From Eledone cirrhosa (Eukaryota): a DNA stretch of 64,000 nt. Each line of letters starts with the position of its first letter. Position 1 is the first letter of the stretch. The stretch lies in contig OZ024741.1 in NCBI GenBank assembly GCA_964016885.1, positions 222,084,001 to 222,148,000 on the forward strand. The letters are read 5' to 3'. Positions 36,985 through 50,859 of this stretch are shown here, in pieces. A program made the translations under genes and the position numbers. A model generated the notes under the pieces. The model was not told the origin of the DNA and ran no database searches. It worked only from the letters and a program-made list of their open reading frames with translations.

Positions 36985-39291
36985 AATTTCCACTTGGTTA
37001 GTTTAATAACCAGATGGTTGTTTATTTATTGTCAAAGCTCTTTCGTCACACATTCTGTGCCCTCCTCAGTGCTAATTTGTTATTTTGTGTCTCTCCTTTC
37101 TTCTGTCCTACACCTTGTTTTTGTGAGCTGTGTGCTGTATATGTTGCATTCGTAGATTCTGATTGGGCTTTGCAAAGACCTCAAAACAAATAGTGACCCA
37201 GTCACAGGACCACCAACACGGCCAGTCTGAGGAGCCATCATTGCCAGCAACTACAGACTCTCCTACTTCCTCTCCACGACCACACGCCCCCTAATTGAAC
37301 TGTCCCCAGATATATGTGACAGCACAGAAGACATCTTCAGCAGAATCAACGAATGCAACATATCTGGAGACCTAACAGGTTGTACAATAGGTAGTATGGA
37401 CATGGTGTCTCTACCCATCCATCGACATTGATTTTGCTGTGGAAAAATGCATAAAAATGATCAGCAAAAGTGATGTAGAATTCTGTGGGATTGACACTAT
37501 GAGCTGGGACTCCTACTTAGACTTACACAGGATAAGGATTACTTAGATACACACAACCGTAACAGCCTCTGTCCTACAAGGCCAGAGAGAGGTAGACCGC
37601 CTACCGTTACCTCAATGGCCAAGAAGACCAACACAAAAAGATGGAACGGGTGGACCAGAGCTATATGGACCCCCGAAAACCATCAAAAATGATTGCAATT
37701 GCAGTGGGGGCCAGTATAAAACTAACCCTTAAGGAACATATATTTAAGTTCAATGACCAAACGTATGCCCAAGAGGAGGGGGTGGCCATTGCTGGTGACA
37801 TAGCTAACCTCTTTATGGTATGGTGGGACAGGAGACTTAAAGAAGGGATGACTATGTACTCCCACTATGTAGTTGACATCAACATCATAGTGAAAACACC
37901 TCTGCAGGAGAACTGTCAGGAATTAGAAAAGAACACCATGGAAAGCATCCAGCAAATAGCTAACACCAAAGTATTAAAGTTACTATAGACTACCCAAGAA
38001 AACACCCCAACCATAGGTTACGTGTATTAGACACAGAACTCTGGTTAGAAACATTAGTAATAAAACATATCTCCTCCATTCGTATTATGCGAAACTCATG
38101 GCCACCAAGTACCTGATCCACCGAAACTCAGACATTTCAGATAACATGAAAGTTAACATACTAATTGTGAGTTTAGTAAGAGTGATGAGAAATGTGTCCC
38201 GCATGTGCAATCCTAAAGAATTAGAAAGACACATAGAGCACTTCATCCACCACATGCAGTTGTCTGGATACAATCGAGAGAGACAAGATCAGGGTGTATA
38301 AAGGCGCCGGTGTCAAATGGACGAAGATTGTAGAAAATGATGCAAAATGCAAATGGTATAGGAGGAAATTTTGGAATAAGATAGAAAGAACTAAGAAGAC
38401 TAAAGTCAACTTGTGGTATGACAGTAATAAATACCAGAGTGTAATGTTCATCAATGCAACCCCTAGAGGTGAACTAGCTTACAGATTTAGAAGGGCTCTA
38501 GACAAACTAATATTAAATATTAATATAGTTGAAAGACCAAGTATTCCCATAAAAGCCCTAATTAGTAGAACATATCCTTTTGAAAAAAAACCTGCACTGA
38601 TAGGAAATGCATAGTCTGCAAGTTAAGCCCCCAATCTAACTTCAAAACTAGAAACAGTATATAGCATAAGATGTACTGAGGGACAGTGTAGGAATAAGAA
38701 CACAACATACATAGGTGAGACAGCCTGTAGCATAGGAGAAAGGATAAGTGACCACCACTGGTGAGAACTCCAAGATGGGAAGAACTCATCAGTACTCCAC
38801 CAACATGCCAAAATAGAACATAGGGGCATACTAAAGAACATAGAAATAAAAATCATATCCACACTCAGAAAAGAGAGAATGCTCCGACAGATTACAGAAG
38901 TGACAAACAACTCTAACCAAAATTAAACAGAAAACATGAGTGGAATAGCAACATCACAACTAGTAATTAAGAACAAGATAAAGATATACAGAGACACACA
39001 AGAACCAAACTAATAAAACAAACCAGACACACACAGATAGAACAAATAACTAATTTGTGACAAGTAAATAAAAGTATAAATAAATAAATAAAAACACACA
39101 CATTAGGATATATCGCAGGTGCAACCCAAGTAAACAGCACACAGAACACAAAAACAAGATGATATAGGACAGAACAAAGGAAAGACACAAAATAACAAAT
39201 TAGTCACTGAGGAGGTCACAGAATGTGTGTCAAAAGAGCTTTGACAATAAATAAACAACCATCTGGTTATTAAACTAACCAACTGGAAATT
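36985..39291 (+). mobile_element. Penelope-like element (RT plus GIY-YIG, decayed) with inverted pseudo-LTRs
   Basis: GSMDMVSL, FKFNDQTYAQEEG, IANLFMVWWD, YVVD, VYSIRC...YIGETACSIGERISDH; arms of about 180 bp at 36985-37160 and 39103-39291 are inverted. Confidence 0.88.
39205..39248 (+). ncRNA. Degenerate minimal hammerhead ribozyme motif in the Penelope pLTR (second copy 37030-37072, minus strand)
   Basis: Two-copy consensus CTGAGGA-G-GTCACA-gaatg-TGTGAC-GAAA-GAGCTT. Confidence 0.55.
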
Positions 39292-39458
39292 TATAATAAA
39301 TTGAAGTGAAAACCAACAGGTGCATGTATTTATATTGGCAGCATGACTCTCCCAAAGTATAACAACATATATATATATATAACGAAGGAAATGTGGTAAG
39401 GAACCAGATGGACCATAATGCACCAAAGTACTCAATACTTAGGGTAGTAGAGTGGGTA

Positions 39459-39584
39459 ATAGGAACGAGTAGGACCCTGACGGCTGAGCTCAAGCCGTTT
39501 CGATGGCTAATTCTGGACTAAATCAGTTAGTCCAGAATTAGCCATCGAAACGGCTTGAGCTCAGCCGTCGGGGTCCTACTCGTT

Positions 39585-39589
<5 letters not shown>
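39459..39589. repeat. 131-bp near-perfect palindrome (63-bp arms, 5-nt loop ATCAG)
   Basis: ATAGGAACGAGTAGGACCC...GGACTAA-atcag-TTAGTCC...GGGTCCTACTCGTTCCTAT; one mismatch. Confidence 0.97.
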
Positions 39590-39641
<52 letters not shown>

Positions 39642-39699
39642 TATTGGTGTGTAACATTTAATTACTGTTGGTTCACATATTTGAGCACTCAATGCTGAT

Positions 39700-40480
39700 A
39701 TGGGTCCAGCTGCCAATGTGGAATTCTATGTTTGGTATTTCACTGTAGACAGTGTCCTTAAGAAGGATATGTCCTCTGCAGGCATCCTTACAAATTTCTC
39801 TGCGGGCATCCTTACAAGAAGAATGCCTGCAGACATTTTTATGCACCACAATTCTGTCCTTCCCTACAGAGTGAAAATGGCCTATATATGGAACGAGATC
39901 TCCCTGATACACAACAGATGCACCAAGGGTAGCAACAGACATACCAGCATCGTCGAATTCCAGAGGATTCTCACTAAAAACTGCTACCCTACTTCTCTTA
40001 CCAAACACGAAAATGCCAAGAAAGCAACAGTTAAAAGAACATGGAGGACACGCGCCCCTAGAGATAACATGTTACCTAAAGCTGCTACATTTCAATGAGA
40101 AGACAATAGCTGACATCAGACAAGCCATCTATTGGGATAGACTGGATATATGGCTGGCACACTTTGAACCCTCATTGGAGAGACTTCTCCACATACAGCA
40201 ATTTGTGTACACTTCTTAATTGTCCCATCAACAATGTTGAAGTGTACGTTAGAGCACATGTGGTCTAAGATCATATGCAAAAAATGTAACTCCTTGTATA
40301 TTGGAAGTACCGTCCGGATGCTGTGCATACGCATCAAGGAGCTTCCTTTGTTAAAAACATCTTGTCATATGCAACAGCCAAGACACTGAGGTCACCATAG
40401 AGGCAACAGAAAGGAATATAGGCAATTTAAGAATCAAAGAGGCCATTATCATCAGCCAGAAATGCATATTTCAGACATGC
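39700..40480 (+). mobile_element. Second Penelope-like remnant (thumb region plus GIY-YIG)
   Basis: HHNSVLPYRVK; KIICKKCNSLYIGSTVRMLCIRIKE; LRIKEAIII. Confidence 0.7.
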
Positions 40481-40764
40481 AGGCCAGTTAAGGAGAAAAC
40501 AACACGTCGATCATTTGTCTTGCTTTGAACTGTTTCAGCTCCACATTTGAAAAGGGGGGGGGGATAATACGTCTGAAATATCATGTTGAAACATTACTTT
40601 TATTACATATCTCACAATGCTTTATATTGCCATTCCCTTCCTTTTCCATCTTTAAAAAAAATATATTTTCTTATTTTACATTCCATTCTTTCTTCTCAAT
40701 TAACAAAATAAATAATTTAGGTAGAAATGTCTAAATGCTCCATATCAAGTTTTATATTAACTAC

Positions 40765-43700
40765 ATCATCATCATCATCATCATCATCGTTTAACGTCTA
40801 TCTTCCATGCTAGCATGGGTTTAGATGGGAATTGTCCCACATGAGGCAAGATTGGTTGTCTTGCTCGTATAGGACACTCTGGCGGATTTTCTACGGCTGG
40901 ATACCCTTCCTAACACCAACCACATTTACAGTGTGGACTGGGAGGTTTTTACCGTGTTACCTACACGGCCACATTACAGCGTGGACTGTGTGTTTTTTGT
41001 CGTGACACCTACACGCCCTCATTTATATAGGACTGGATGTTGTGGTACCAACATAACTTTACATTGGAAGGGGTGGTGTGGATGGGGTGAGGTAGTGGGG
41101 CCGGGGTGTATTTTTGGTTAGGAGGTGCCTACTGACTGTAGGTTTCGCTTTGTACTTAGGCAAGGCGGGTCTTTTGTATTACTGCGTAGCACCAAAGATC
41201 TCAGTCCAGTGACATTGTCTTGGAGAGGTGTAAGTGTGTAAGGTCGGAATTTATTAAGTCGTCCCAGGTTTTTCTGGGTCTACCTACTCCGTAGCTTCCA
41301 TCTATTTTGATCGGCCTGCACTTTTTTATACAGCTGTCGTCTTTCATGCACATCACATGAACATACCAACGTAGTCTTCTCTCGAGTAAACAGCATCTGA
41401 TCCCTCTTATTCCTAATTTCTCACTTAGTTCATTTATGCTTTGCCGTTCGCGTATATTACTATTACACATCCAACGGGGCATGCAAGCTTCGTTCCTCTC
41501 CAGTCTGCACAGATCCTCTGCACCCAATGCCCATGTCTCACTGCCATGTAACATTTCTGTTCGTATGCAGGCATCATACAACCTGCCTTTCATTTTTAGG
41601 GAGAAACTTTTAGTGCCCAATAATGGTATAAGCTCTTTGAACTTTTTCCATCCCATTTTGACTCTAGCTACTGTACTTTCAGAGCAGCCACCACCACTGC
41701 TGATTTTGTCACCCAGGTAACGGAAGGTGTCCACTATTTCTATAGAACCATCTGGGCAATGGAAGGAGCTAGTATCCTGTGGACACTTGCTACTACTTAT
41801 TGCACCTGAGCACCGGCCACATATAAAATCTATGTTCTTAGTTAGTTTACCTGTGATCCCACTACATCTTTTATGCACCCATACTTTGCATTTGGGACAT
41901 AAAATAGAGTTTCTGCCTACTCCTTTCATACACTCTGAGCATGGCCATTTCCCAGAGGGGACCAGTGCCCTATTTTCCTTCCTACATACTAGAACTTTAG
42001 TCTTAGACAAGTTAATTTTAAGGCCTTTTGATTCTAGGCCATGCTTCCAAGTTTGGAATTTCTTCTCGAGTTCAGCCTTTGATTCAGCTATGATCATCTG
42101 CAAATAGAAGTTCCCATGGGCAGCCGGTCTTGAACTCCTCTGTTATAGCCTGAAGGGCAATAATAAATAGGAGGGGCTAAGGACAGAGCCCTGATGAACA
42201 CCGACTTTTACGCTAAATTCTTCACTATATTCGTTGTTAATTCTAACCTTGCTGATTGTGTTCTTTATACATGGCTTGTATAGCTCTCATGAGCCATTCA
42301 TCAACACCTAGTTTTCTAAGAGCCCACCAGATAATGGAGAGGGGGACTCTGTCAAAGGCTTTCTCCAAATCAACAAAAGCTAAGTATAGGGGTTTACTTT
42401 TAGCTAGGTACTTCTCCTGTAGTTGTCATACAAGGAAAAGAGCGTCTGTGGTACCTTTACCTGACACAAACCCAAACTGGATTTCGTCTAGATCAATTTG
42501 CTCTCTGATTAGTTGCGCTATAACTTTTTCTGTGTCCTTCATGACCTGGTCAATTAATTTAATGCCTCTATAGTTATCCCTATCTAGGACATCTCCTTTA
42601 CCCTTGTAGCAGTTAATGATGATGCTGCTACGCTAGTCATTTGGTATGACCCCATTCTGTATGACTTGGTTTGTTCTCCGGGTGACCATAGTGTGTCCCA
42701 CCGTTCCAGATGCTTTCAGCAATTCAGCAACTATCTCCGAAGGCCCAGCTGCCTTGCCTGTCTTCATATCTTTGATTGCCTTACTTATTATACTACCTTC
42801 AACTAGCACTGCTGGTCCCTCTAATGGATCAATTTGGGGCAGACTATCTTTTTCCCACTTATTCTCCTCATTTAGTAGCCTCTCCTGGTGACACTTCCAA
42901 GCTACCTTCTTATCAGTATACCCTCATCATTACGGACACACGTCTCCCCGACAATATCACGGTTTTCCTTGACACATTGTCTAGCAATCCTGAACACCTC
43001 ACGCTTTTTGGTCTTCGCATTGTAGAACATGCTTGAACTTTCTTTTGCTTCCCTTCTTGCAAGGTACACTTGTCTCCTAGCTTCCCTCCTGGCCATTTGA
43101 TAGTGTTCTCTATTTCCCCAATCCCACCATACTTTCCAAGCTTGCTTTTTGGCCTTGATTGACTCCTCCACCTTACTGTTCCACCATCAAGTTACTCTCC
43201 TCCTGTCTATAGGTCTGCTCCAGCCACATATTTCATCTGTTGCCTTCAGCAGGTTAACTTTCAGGAATTCCCACTGTTCCTCTATACTGTACGTTTCTAA
43301 TTGCTCTTCCTTACTGTCAAAAGCATCAAGTAGTATGCTTTTAAATTTGTTACTGGCTGTGGGGTCCTTTAACTTCCATATTCTTCTTCTCAGGGTAGTC
43401 CTCCTCTGTTGTCGACTACGTCTCGTCCTGACTATGAGGTCACTAACTATGAGGCTATGTTGGGAGGTGAATTCTTCACGGGAGAGTGATTTAGTGTTTA
43501 CAACCAACACTTTGTCACGTCTTCTGGTAAGGATATAATCTATCTGACTGGCGTGTTCCCCTGATCTATAGGTGATCAAGTGATTGTCTCGTTTTTTGAA
43601 GTTTGTGTTGCAGATAGTTAGGTTATTTGTGTCACAGAATTCCAGAATTCTGAAGCCTTCCTCATTTCTGTTACCAAACCCATAGTCACCATGGATTCCG

Positions 43701-44100
43701 TCATAGCCATCACAATGTTGTCCAACATGACCATTGCATCTCTTGGACGCAACAAACATCAACTTCCTTACGTTCAAGCATCTCTACAACCTCGTTAGAA
43801 TGACCTTTTAAAGTACCTACATTCATGGTACAAAATCTGAAGTTTTGGATTTCGTTTGATGGGTGGAAGGGATGGGTTGGAAGTATAGGGAGGGGTGAGG
43901 GAGATGGGGTTATGTTTGTCATCCACGTCTTAAATAAAGAGGAATCCTTGCCTTTTCGTCCGGCCACACGAGGTGAATTTACCTTTATCTTTGACATTGT
44001 CATTTGAGTGTCCGGATTCTTCGTACTCTCCAAAATCCCACAGTCCATCTAGCATATCAAAGGCAACCAGGTTTAAACTTAAGGAGTGAATAGCCGAGGC
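40765..44100 (-). mobile_element. Longest RTE LINE copy (partial APE endonuclease, RT, 3' UTR), antisense in intron 1
   Basis: TMNVGTL...CCVQE, NGHVG...GFGNRNEEG, SQIDYIL, RT motifs, (CAT)n tail at the left end. Confidence 0.95.
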
Positions 44101-44170
44101 GGTGGTTTTGTGTAAGAGATTGACAATATATATATACACAAGAACAACAATGAATCCTTTATAATTTCAG

Positions 44171-44314
44171 GGTTTTAAAGGAGTTAAAGGTGTAGATGTT
44201 ATTTTGAATCTGGTGAATGATGGACAATTTAGTTCTCTGTATGAACTTTACAGCAAGACCTCTACAGACAAACATCCAAGTATCCTTGTTAAATACAGCA
44301 AATCCTTACCATCG
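44171..44314 (+). CDS. Methylthioribose kinase-like gene, exon 2
   Basis: TTTCAG|GFKGVKGVDVILNLVNDGQFSSLYELY...SILVKYSKSLPS|GTAATT; G-loop and catalytic-Lys region. Confidence 0.88.
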
Positions 44315-44614
44315 GTAATTATTTTCTTATTTTTGTCTAATTAATGTTAATCTTTTATACATTTTGTATGTTTGCTATCTTTGTAGGTGCAGGCATGGCT
44401 ATGTGGTTAAGGAGTTAGCCATAAGGAGTTTGCTTTGCAACCATGTGGTTCTGGGTCTGAAATGAAGGGATGTGACTTGTAATATAGGTTTTGCCATCTG
44501 CCTCCATTGATGATAAATAAATTTCCCTCTACTATTTTATAGATGCCTGTCATCAGTTAATATTTGTAACTTATAAAAAATATGCCAGTATATGTTTTTC
44601 AACAACCATGTTGT

Positions 44615-45070
44615 ATCATCATCATCGTTTAATGTCTATCTTCCACGCTAGCATGGGTCTGGACGGGAATTGTCCCACTTGGTTGTCTTGCTCGGGACTG
44701 TCTAGCGGGTTTTCTACGGCTGGATGCTCTTCCTAACACCAACCACGTTTACAGTGTGGACTGGGAGGTTTTTACTGTGTTACCTACACGGCCACATTAC
44801 AGCGTGGACTGTGTGTTTTTTTGTTGTGACACCTACACGACCTCATTTATTTAGGACTGGATGTTGTGGTACCAACATAGCTTTACATCAAAAGGGGTGG
44901 TGTATATGGCGGTGGGGGTAGGGGTAGTGGGACAGGGGTGTATTTTGGTTAAGAGGTGCCTACTGACTGTAGGTTTCACTTTGTACTTAGGCAAGGTGGG
45001 TCTTCTGTATTACTGCGTAGTGCCAAAGATCTCGGTCCAGTGACATTGTCTTGGAGTGGTTTAAGTGTGT
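44615..45070 (-). mobile_element. RTE 3'-end fragment
   Basis: Same 3' UTR as 40765-41240. Confidence 0.9.
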
Positions 45071-45118
45071 GTATATATATATATATAAAATGAAACAACG
45101 GAGTTAAGGACTTGCATT

Positions 45119-45155
<37 letters not shown>

Positions 45156-46070
45156 TAGAAGAAAATAAGGAAGCTTCGTTTACATATATAATATATTTAT
45201 TGCGTATCAGTCTAAGTTCACATATTTAGACTGCTTTTGTGCAGGTTCTCCTGAACAAATTCCAAAATATTTCGTCCTTTGTAGGCTCTCTTGCCTTCTT
45301 AAAGCCAAAATTAATCTTCGCTGAAATTACTGTTCACTCTTAATGTTTCACTCAAAATAACTTTGCTCAAAATGACTTTGCTCAAAATGACTGTGCTAAA
45401 AATTAACTTCGCTCAAAATGACTTTTCTCAAAATGACTGAAACCCCAGAGAACACTCCCCCATATTGTCCAAGCCTGTATCATTGGGGTAGTGATATTTC
45501 AGTACACTTTTGGAATTACACATCACACTATATACAAAAATATGACTACTTACTTAAGAAAATGTTCTTACAAAACATTATAATAGAAGATTTAAATTTA
45601 AATATAAAAACTCTGAAAGAACTGATTTTCATCTTAGAACCAGGGTCAGTTTCTGGAGGGGTAGAGTCAAATTGGTTAATATCTGTCCACTCACGCTCAA
45701 TGTCTCGTTGCTCTGGAGTTACTCATAGATACATTTTAATATCAGTTCACATACACAGTGTGTCCTTACTGTGGAATCACTCACAGATACACTTTAACAT
45801 CTGTCTATTCAGCTGACAAATATACTTTAACATCTGTTAACTCACATGCCATATCTCCTTAATGTAGAATTACTCACTTATACACTTCATTGTCTTGTCC
45901 ATTCACACATGACATCTCTTTACGCTGGACCAACAGTAACATCAATCCACTCACACTCAACATCTCCTTACTCTGCCTTTCCTACTACTGTTACAATAAA
46001 ATGTTTCTAGTTGGATTCAAACATCTGACTGACTATCCAGCACCTAAATTACTCCTATTTCTCTACTTAG

Positions 46071-46197
46071 GGTTTAACACTCAGTACTGTTCCCACTACT
46101 CTCTCATATGAACGGAGAATCCTTCAGAAGTTGGAAGAGTTCTGTCCCAATAATCAAACCCTAAGGATGTATCTTCATGTTCCAGATAAAGCATTTG
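46071..46197 (+). CDS. Methylthioribose kinase-like gene, exon 3
   Basis: CTTAG|GLTLSTVPTTLSYERRILQKLEEFCPNNQTLRMYLHVPDKAF|GTAAAA; phase 0 to 1. Confidence 0.88.
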
Positions 46198-46714
46198 GTA
46201 AAAGCAATTTATCTCTTATACTGCATTAACATTTTCATTAAAAGACACCGCCTATATTTTGAAAATAATCAAGGATTTTAATGGAATTGGCTATATAACT
46301 TTCTTAAGCTGGTTTCGAAACATAACTTAACAAAGGTTTTCACATAAAATTGTGATGGAAAGTTTTTAGATAAATATAAACACTTTAACTCTTTTATTAC
46401 TATATTTCTAATGAAAGACACTACCCATAGTTTTCAAATGATTTTGAAAATAATCAAGAATTTGGAAGGGATTTTGTAATATAACAAACTTTCTCATTAT
46501 AGAACATAACTTAACAAAGGTTCTTACATAATGTTATGGTGGAAGGATTTGGGATAAATTTAATGACTTTAAAATAAACAGTTTTGTATTATAGAAATGG
46601 GGTAGTTCTAGGTGGTTTGGTATCAAAAAGGTTAAACGTTTGAATTTCACTATTTCTCCATGCAACTATTTTTGTCCCTATTTCTTCCAATTGTCTGTGC
46701 TATCTACTTTTGGT

Positions 46715-48420
46715 GCTTATGTTGGTGTCTGATGGTGTTTATGTTGGTGTCTGATAGTGTTTCTGTTGGTGTCTGATAGTGTTTATGTTGGTGTCTCATG
46801 GAGTTTATGTTGGTGTCTGATAGTGTTTATGTTGGGGTGTCATGGGGTTTATGTTGGTGTCTCATGGTGTTTCTGTTGGTGTCTGATAGTGTTTATGTTG
46901 GTGTCTCATGGTGTTTATGTTGGTGTCTGATAGTGTTTATGTTGGTTTCTGATAGTGTTTCTGTTGGTGTCTGATGGTGTTTATGTTGGTGTCTCATGGT
47001 GTTTATGTTGGTGTCTGATGGTGTTTATGTTGGTGTCTCATGGTGTTTATGTTGGGGTCTCATGGTGTTTATGTTGGTGTCTCATGGTGTTTATGTTGGT
47101 GTCTCATGGGGTTTATGTTGGTGTCTGATAGTGTTTATGTTGGGGTCTGATAGTGTTTATGTTGGTGTCTCATGGTGTTTATGTTGGTATCTGATAGTGT
47201 TTATGTTGGTGTCTGATAGTGTTTATGTTGGTGTCTCATGGTGTTTATGTTGGTGTCTCATGGTGTTTATGTTGGTGTCTCATGGTGTTTATGTTGGTGT
47301 CTCATGGTGTTTATGTTGGTGTCTCATGGTGTTTATGTTGGTGTCTCATGGTGTTTATGTTGGTGTCTCATGGTGTTTATGTTGGTGTCTCATGGTGTTT
47401 ATGTTGGTGTCTCATGGTGTTTATGTTGGTGTCTCATAGTGTTTCTGTTGGTGTCTCATGGTGTTTATGTTGGTGTCTCATAGTGTTTCTGTTGGTGTCT
47501 CATGGTGTTTATGTTGGTGTCTCATAGTGTTTCTGTTGGCGTCTCATGGTGTTTATGTTGGTGTCTGATAGTGTTTCTGTTGGTGTCTCATGGTGTTTAT
47601 GTTGGTGTCTCATGGTGTTTATGTTTGTGTCTCATAGTGTTTCTGTTGGTGTCTCATGGTGTTTATGTTGGGGTCTCATGGTGTTTATGTTGGTGTCTCA
47701 TGGTGTTTATGTTTGTGTCTCATGGTGTTTATGTTGGTGTCTGATAGTGTTTATGTTGGTGTCTCATGGTGTTTCTGTTGGTGTCTCATGGTGTTTATGT
47801 TTGTGTCTGATAGTGTTTATGTTGGTGTCTCATGGTGTTTATGTTGGTGTCTCATGGTGTTTATGTTGGTGTCTGATAGTGTTTATGTTGGTGTCTCATG
47901 GTGTTTATGTTGGTGTCTCATAGTGTTTCTGTTGGTGTCTCATGGTGTTTATGTTGGGGTCTCATGGTGTTTATGTTTGTGTCTCATGGTGTTTATGTTG
48001 GTGTCTGATAGTGTTTATGTTGGTGTCTCATGGTGTTTATGTTGGTGTCTCATGGTGTTTATGTTTGTGTCTCATGTTGTTTATGTTTGTGTCTCATGTT
48101 GTTTATATTGGTGTCTGATAGTGTTTATGTTGGTGTCTCATGGTGTTTCTGTTGGTGTCTCATGGTGTTTATGTTGGTGTCTCATGGTGTTTCTGTTGGT
48201 GTCTCATGGTGTTTATGTTGGTGTCTCATGGTGTTTATGTTGGTGTCTCATGGTGTTTATGTTGGTGTCTCATGGGGTTTATGTTAGTGTCTCATGGGGT
48301 TTATGTTGGTGTCTGATAGTGTTTATGTTGGTGTCTCATGGGGTTTATGTTAGTGTCTCATGGGGTTTATGTTGGTGTCTGATAGTGTTTATGTTGGTGT
48401 CTCATGAGGTTTATGTTAGT
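46715..48420. repeat. 22-bp minisatellite GTTTATGTTGGTGTCTCATGGT, about 77 copies, in intron 3
   Basis: Direct reading. Confidence 0.98.
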
Positions 48421-48501
48421 GTATTTATATAGTTGTTCATTAGAAATCAGGTTGTGAAAGGGCAAAGAGTTAAATTATTGTTTTCTTTTACAATAATACA
48501 G

Positions 48502-48673
48502 CCTTTCTGGAGAAGTTACCATTTCAACATACCCTAGGAGAGAGACTAATGAGTAAAGATGTTTCACTTGATTTAGCTAAAGCCATTGTTGAGAATCTGG
48601 CAACAATTCATAAAGCAACTCATTTGCAGTACATCAAACCAGCTTGTCTTGAAGACTTGGAGGCACAATTACA
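48502..48673 (+). CDS. Methylthioribose kinase-like gene, exon 4
   Basis: TACAG|(A)FLEKLPFQHTLGERLM...IVENLATIHKATH...EAQL|GTAAGT; phase 1 to 2. Confidence 0.9.
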
Positions 48674-49242
48674 GTAAGTCAGAAATATTTCTTTATCATT
48701 GTTAATCCACAACTGTAGTAAACTTTTAGGGAATCAAGAAAACTCAATTATTAATTTTTGTCATATACTTTATTTCTTCTAAAATTCGCATTATTTCAAT
48801 TAGTGAATGAAGAATTTTGATGGATTTACTAAAATAATTAATTATTTCATTGTGCTAAGATAGTCATTTAACCTATGGTTCTTATATAAAATCATGCTGG
48901 AAGATTTTAATTTAAATAGGAGTCCTTTAAAATGGATAGTTTTGTTCCATACAAACAAAGCCAGTTTTGGTTCGGTTGGGTTGTGTTGGGTTGGTATTAA
49001 AAAGGATTAATTTACTAAAATTATGAATCATTTCATAATTAAGAACTTAACATATGGTTCTTATATAAAACTATTTTGGAAAATTTTAATTTAAATAGAA
49101 ACCATTTAAAATGGGTTGTTTTGTTTCATAGAACTAGAAATTGTTTTGGCTGGATTGGTATCAAAAGGGTTCAATTAGGTTAAATATGTTAAGACAAACA
49201 ATTGATTTTATAATTAACTTTCTGGTGGTTTTTTTCCTGCAG

Positions 49243-49483
49243 AACCTGTGATCAGCAAAACATTATAGAACAGCTTACGTTTGTGATCCCATTCCAAAGG
49301 AACAACAATTACACAAAAGAAGACAATGACATAGAAAAGACATTTAAAAAGGTTAATGGTGATGCCACTGTGTCTAGAGCAGTGAAAGACATGAAAGATG
49401 TCTTCCATTCCAATAAAGAATGCCTCATTCATGGAAATCTCCAGTTGGACTCCATTTATTTCTCTTCTTCAAGCAACGTTTAT
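49243..49483 (+). CDS. Methylthioribose kinase-like gene, exon 5 (HGN motif)
   Basis: CTGCAG|(Q)TCDQQNIIEQLTFVIPF...KECLIHGNLQLDSIYFSSSSNVY|GTAAAT; phase 2 to 0. Confidence 0.92.
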
Positions 49484-49864
49484 GTAAATATTTCATTCTT
49501 TTGACTCTTTTCACTGATTTCAGCCATTTGGCACTGACCATACTGGAGCAACATCATGCATACATAAACACAGACACACACACACAGATGCATACATACG
49601 CAAATTCATTCATCCATGCATTAATTCATCTATCCATCTATACAACCATCCATGCATGGATCCATCCAGCCATGCATGCAATCATCCACCCATGCCAAGT
49701 TTGACTCTTGATACTCTAGAGTTTCACCTGTGTAATCAGACATCACCACATTACTTTTCAGGACAGGTCTGAGGTCCTTATCATTAAAACACCCAAGAAA
49801 CCTCCTATTAGATATAACCTCATAGAAGTCCAGCTAAACTTACATAGGTGTAAGCTATAATAAC

Positions 49865-49911
<47 letters not shown>

Positions 49912-50859
49912 GTATGTATGCAAAAGCAAACAGAAATAACAAAGGAAACAACACAGTACAATGAAGAAATATATTAGTTTTACACTTAATATAGTAGGAA
50001 TCAAGTTCAAAATTAACATATTTCTTCATTGTACTGTGTTGTTTGCTTTGTTATTTCTGTTTGTCTTTTGCATATATCTATCTATATCCTTATAGAAAGG
50101 AAGTTTATTTGTTTGTAAGTTGACCGCTCATAACACTAAATAAAATTGATAATAATTAAGGTTTTTCCTGTGTTTTCAACTAATCTGACCTCCATCAAGA
50201 TGGCTGTCAACTTATTTTCCGAAAATGGAATGCAGGTGGGGAGGGTGAGGGCAAGATGAGGGAGAATTGATTTTTCTTTTTAGCACACAGATACTGCCTG
50301 TTCATCTGTCTTGCTATCTATATCATCATCATCATCATCATCATTTTACATCCGCTTTTCCCTGCTTGCAAGGGTGGAACGGGAACTGATTCTGGCTTGA
50401 TTTCTACAGCTGGATGCCCTTCCTAACACCAACCTCATTTACAGTGAGTGCTGGGTGCTTTTTTTCCATGAAACCTCCACGACCACTTTGCAGTGGAATG
50501 ATATGGACCCCACCCCAGTCCCTACCATCTCATTTCTACAGCTGAGTAAACTGGAGCAATGTGAAATAAAGTGTCTTGCTCAAGGAAACAACACATCACC
50601 CGGTCTGAGAATTGAACTCACAACCTTTTGATTGCAAGGCCAATGCTCTAACCACTAAGCCATGTGCCTACATATAGAAAAGGAAATACTACTTGAGTTC
50701 TCACCCACTCTACCTGCCCCTCTCTCTAACTAATTGAAACGTAATGTATGTATTTCTCCCTCTCTCTCTCTCTCTTTCTCTGTATTTCTCTTTGTGGGCG
50801 TTTCTGTATGTCCAACAACACAACACAGACTTGAAAAAAAGGGACTTTCACTATAATTA

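Noticed and set aside
46996-48432. Hydrophobic repeat ORFs (MVFMLVSHGVYVGVSWCLCWCL)
   Set aside because: Translation of the 22-bp minisatellite.
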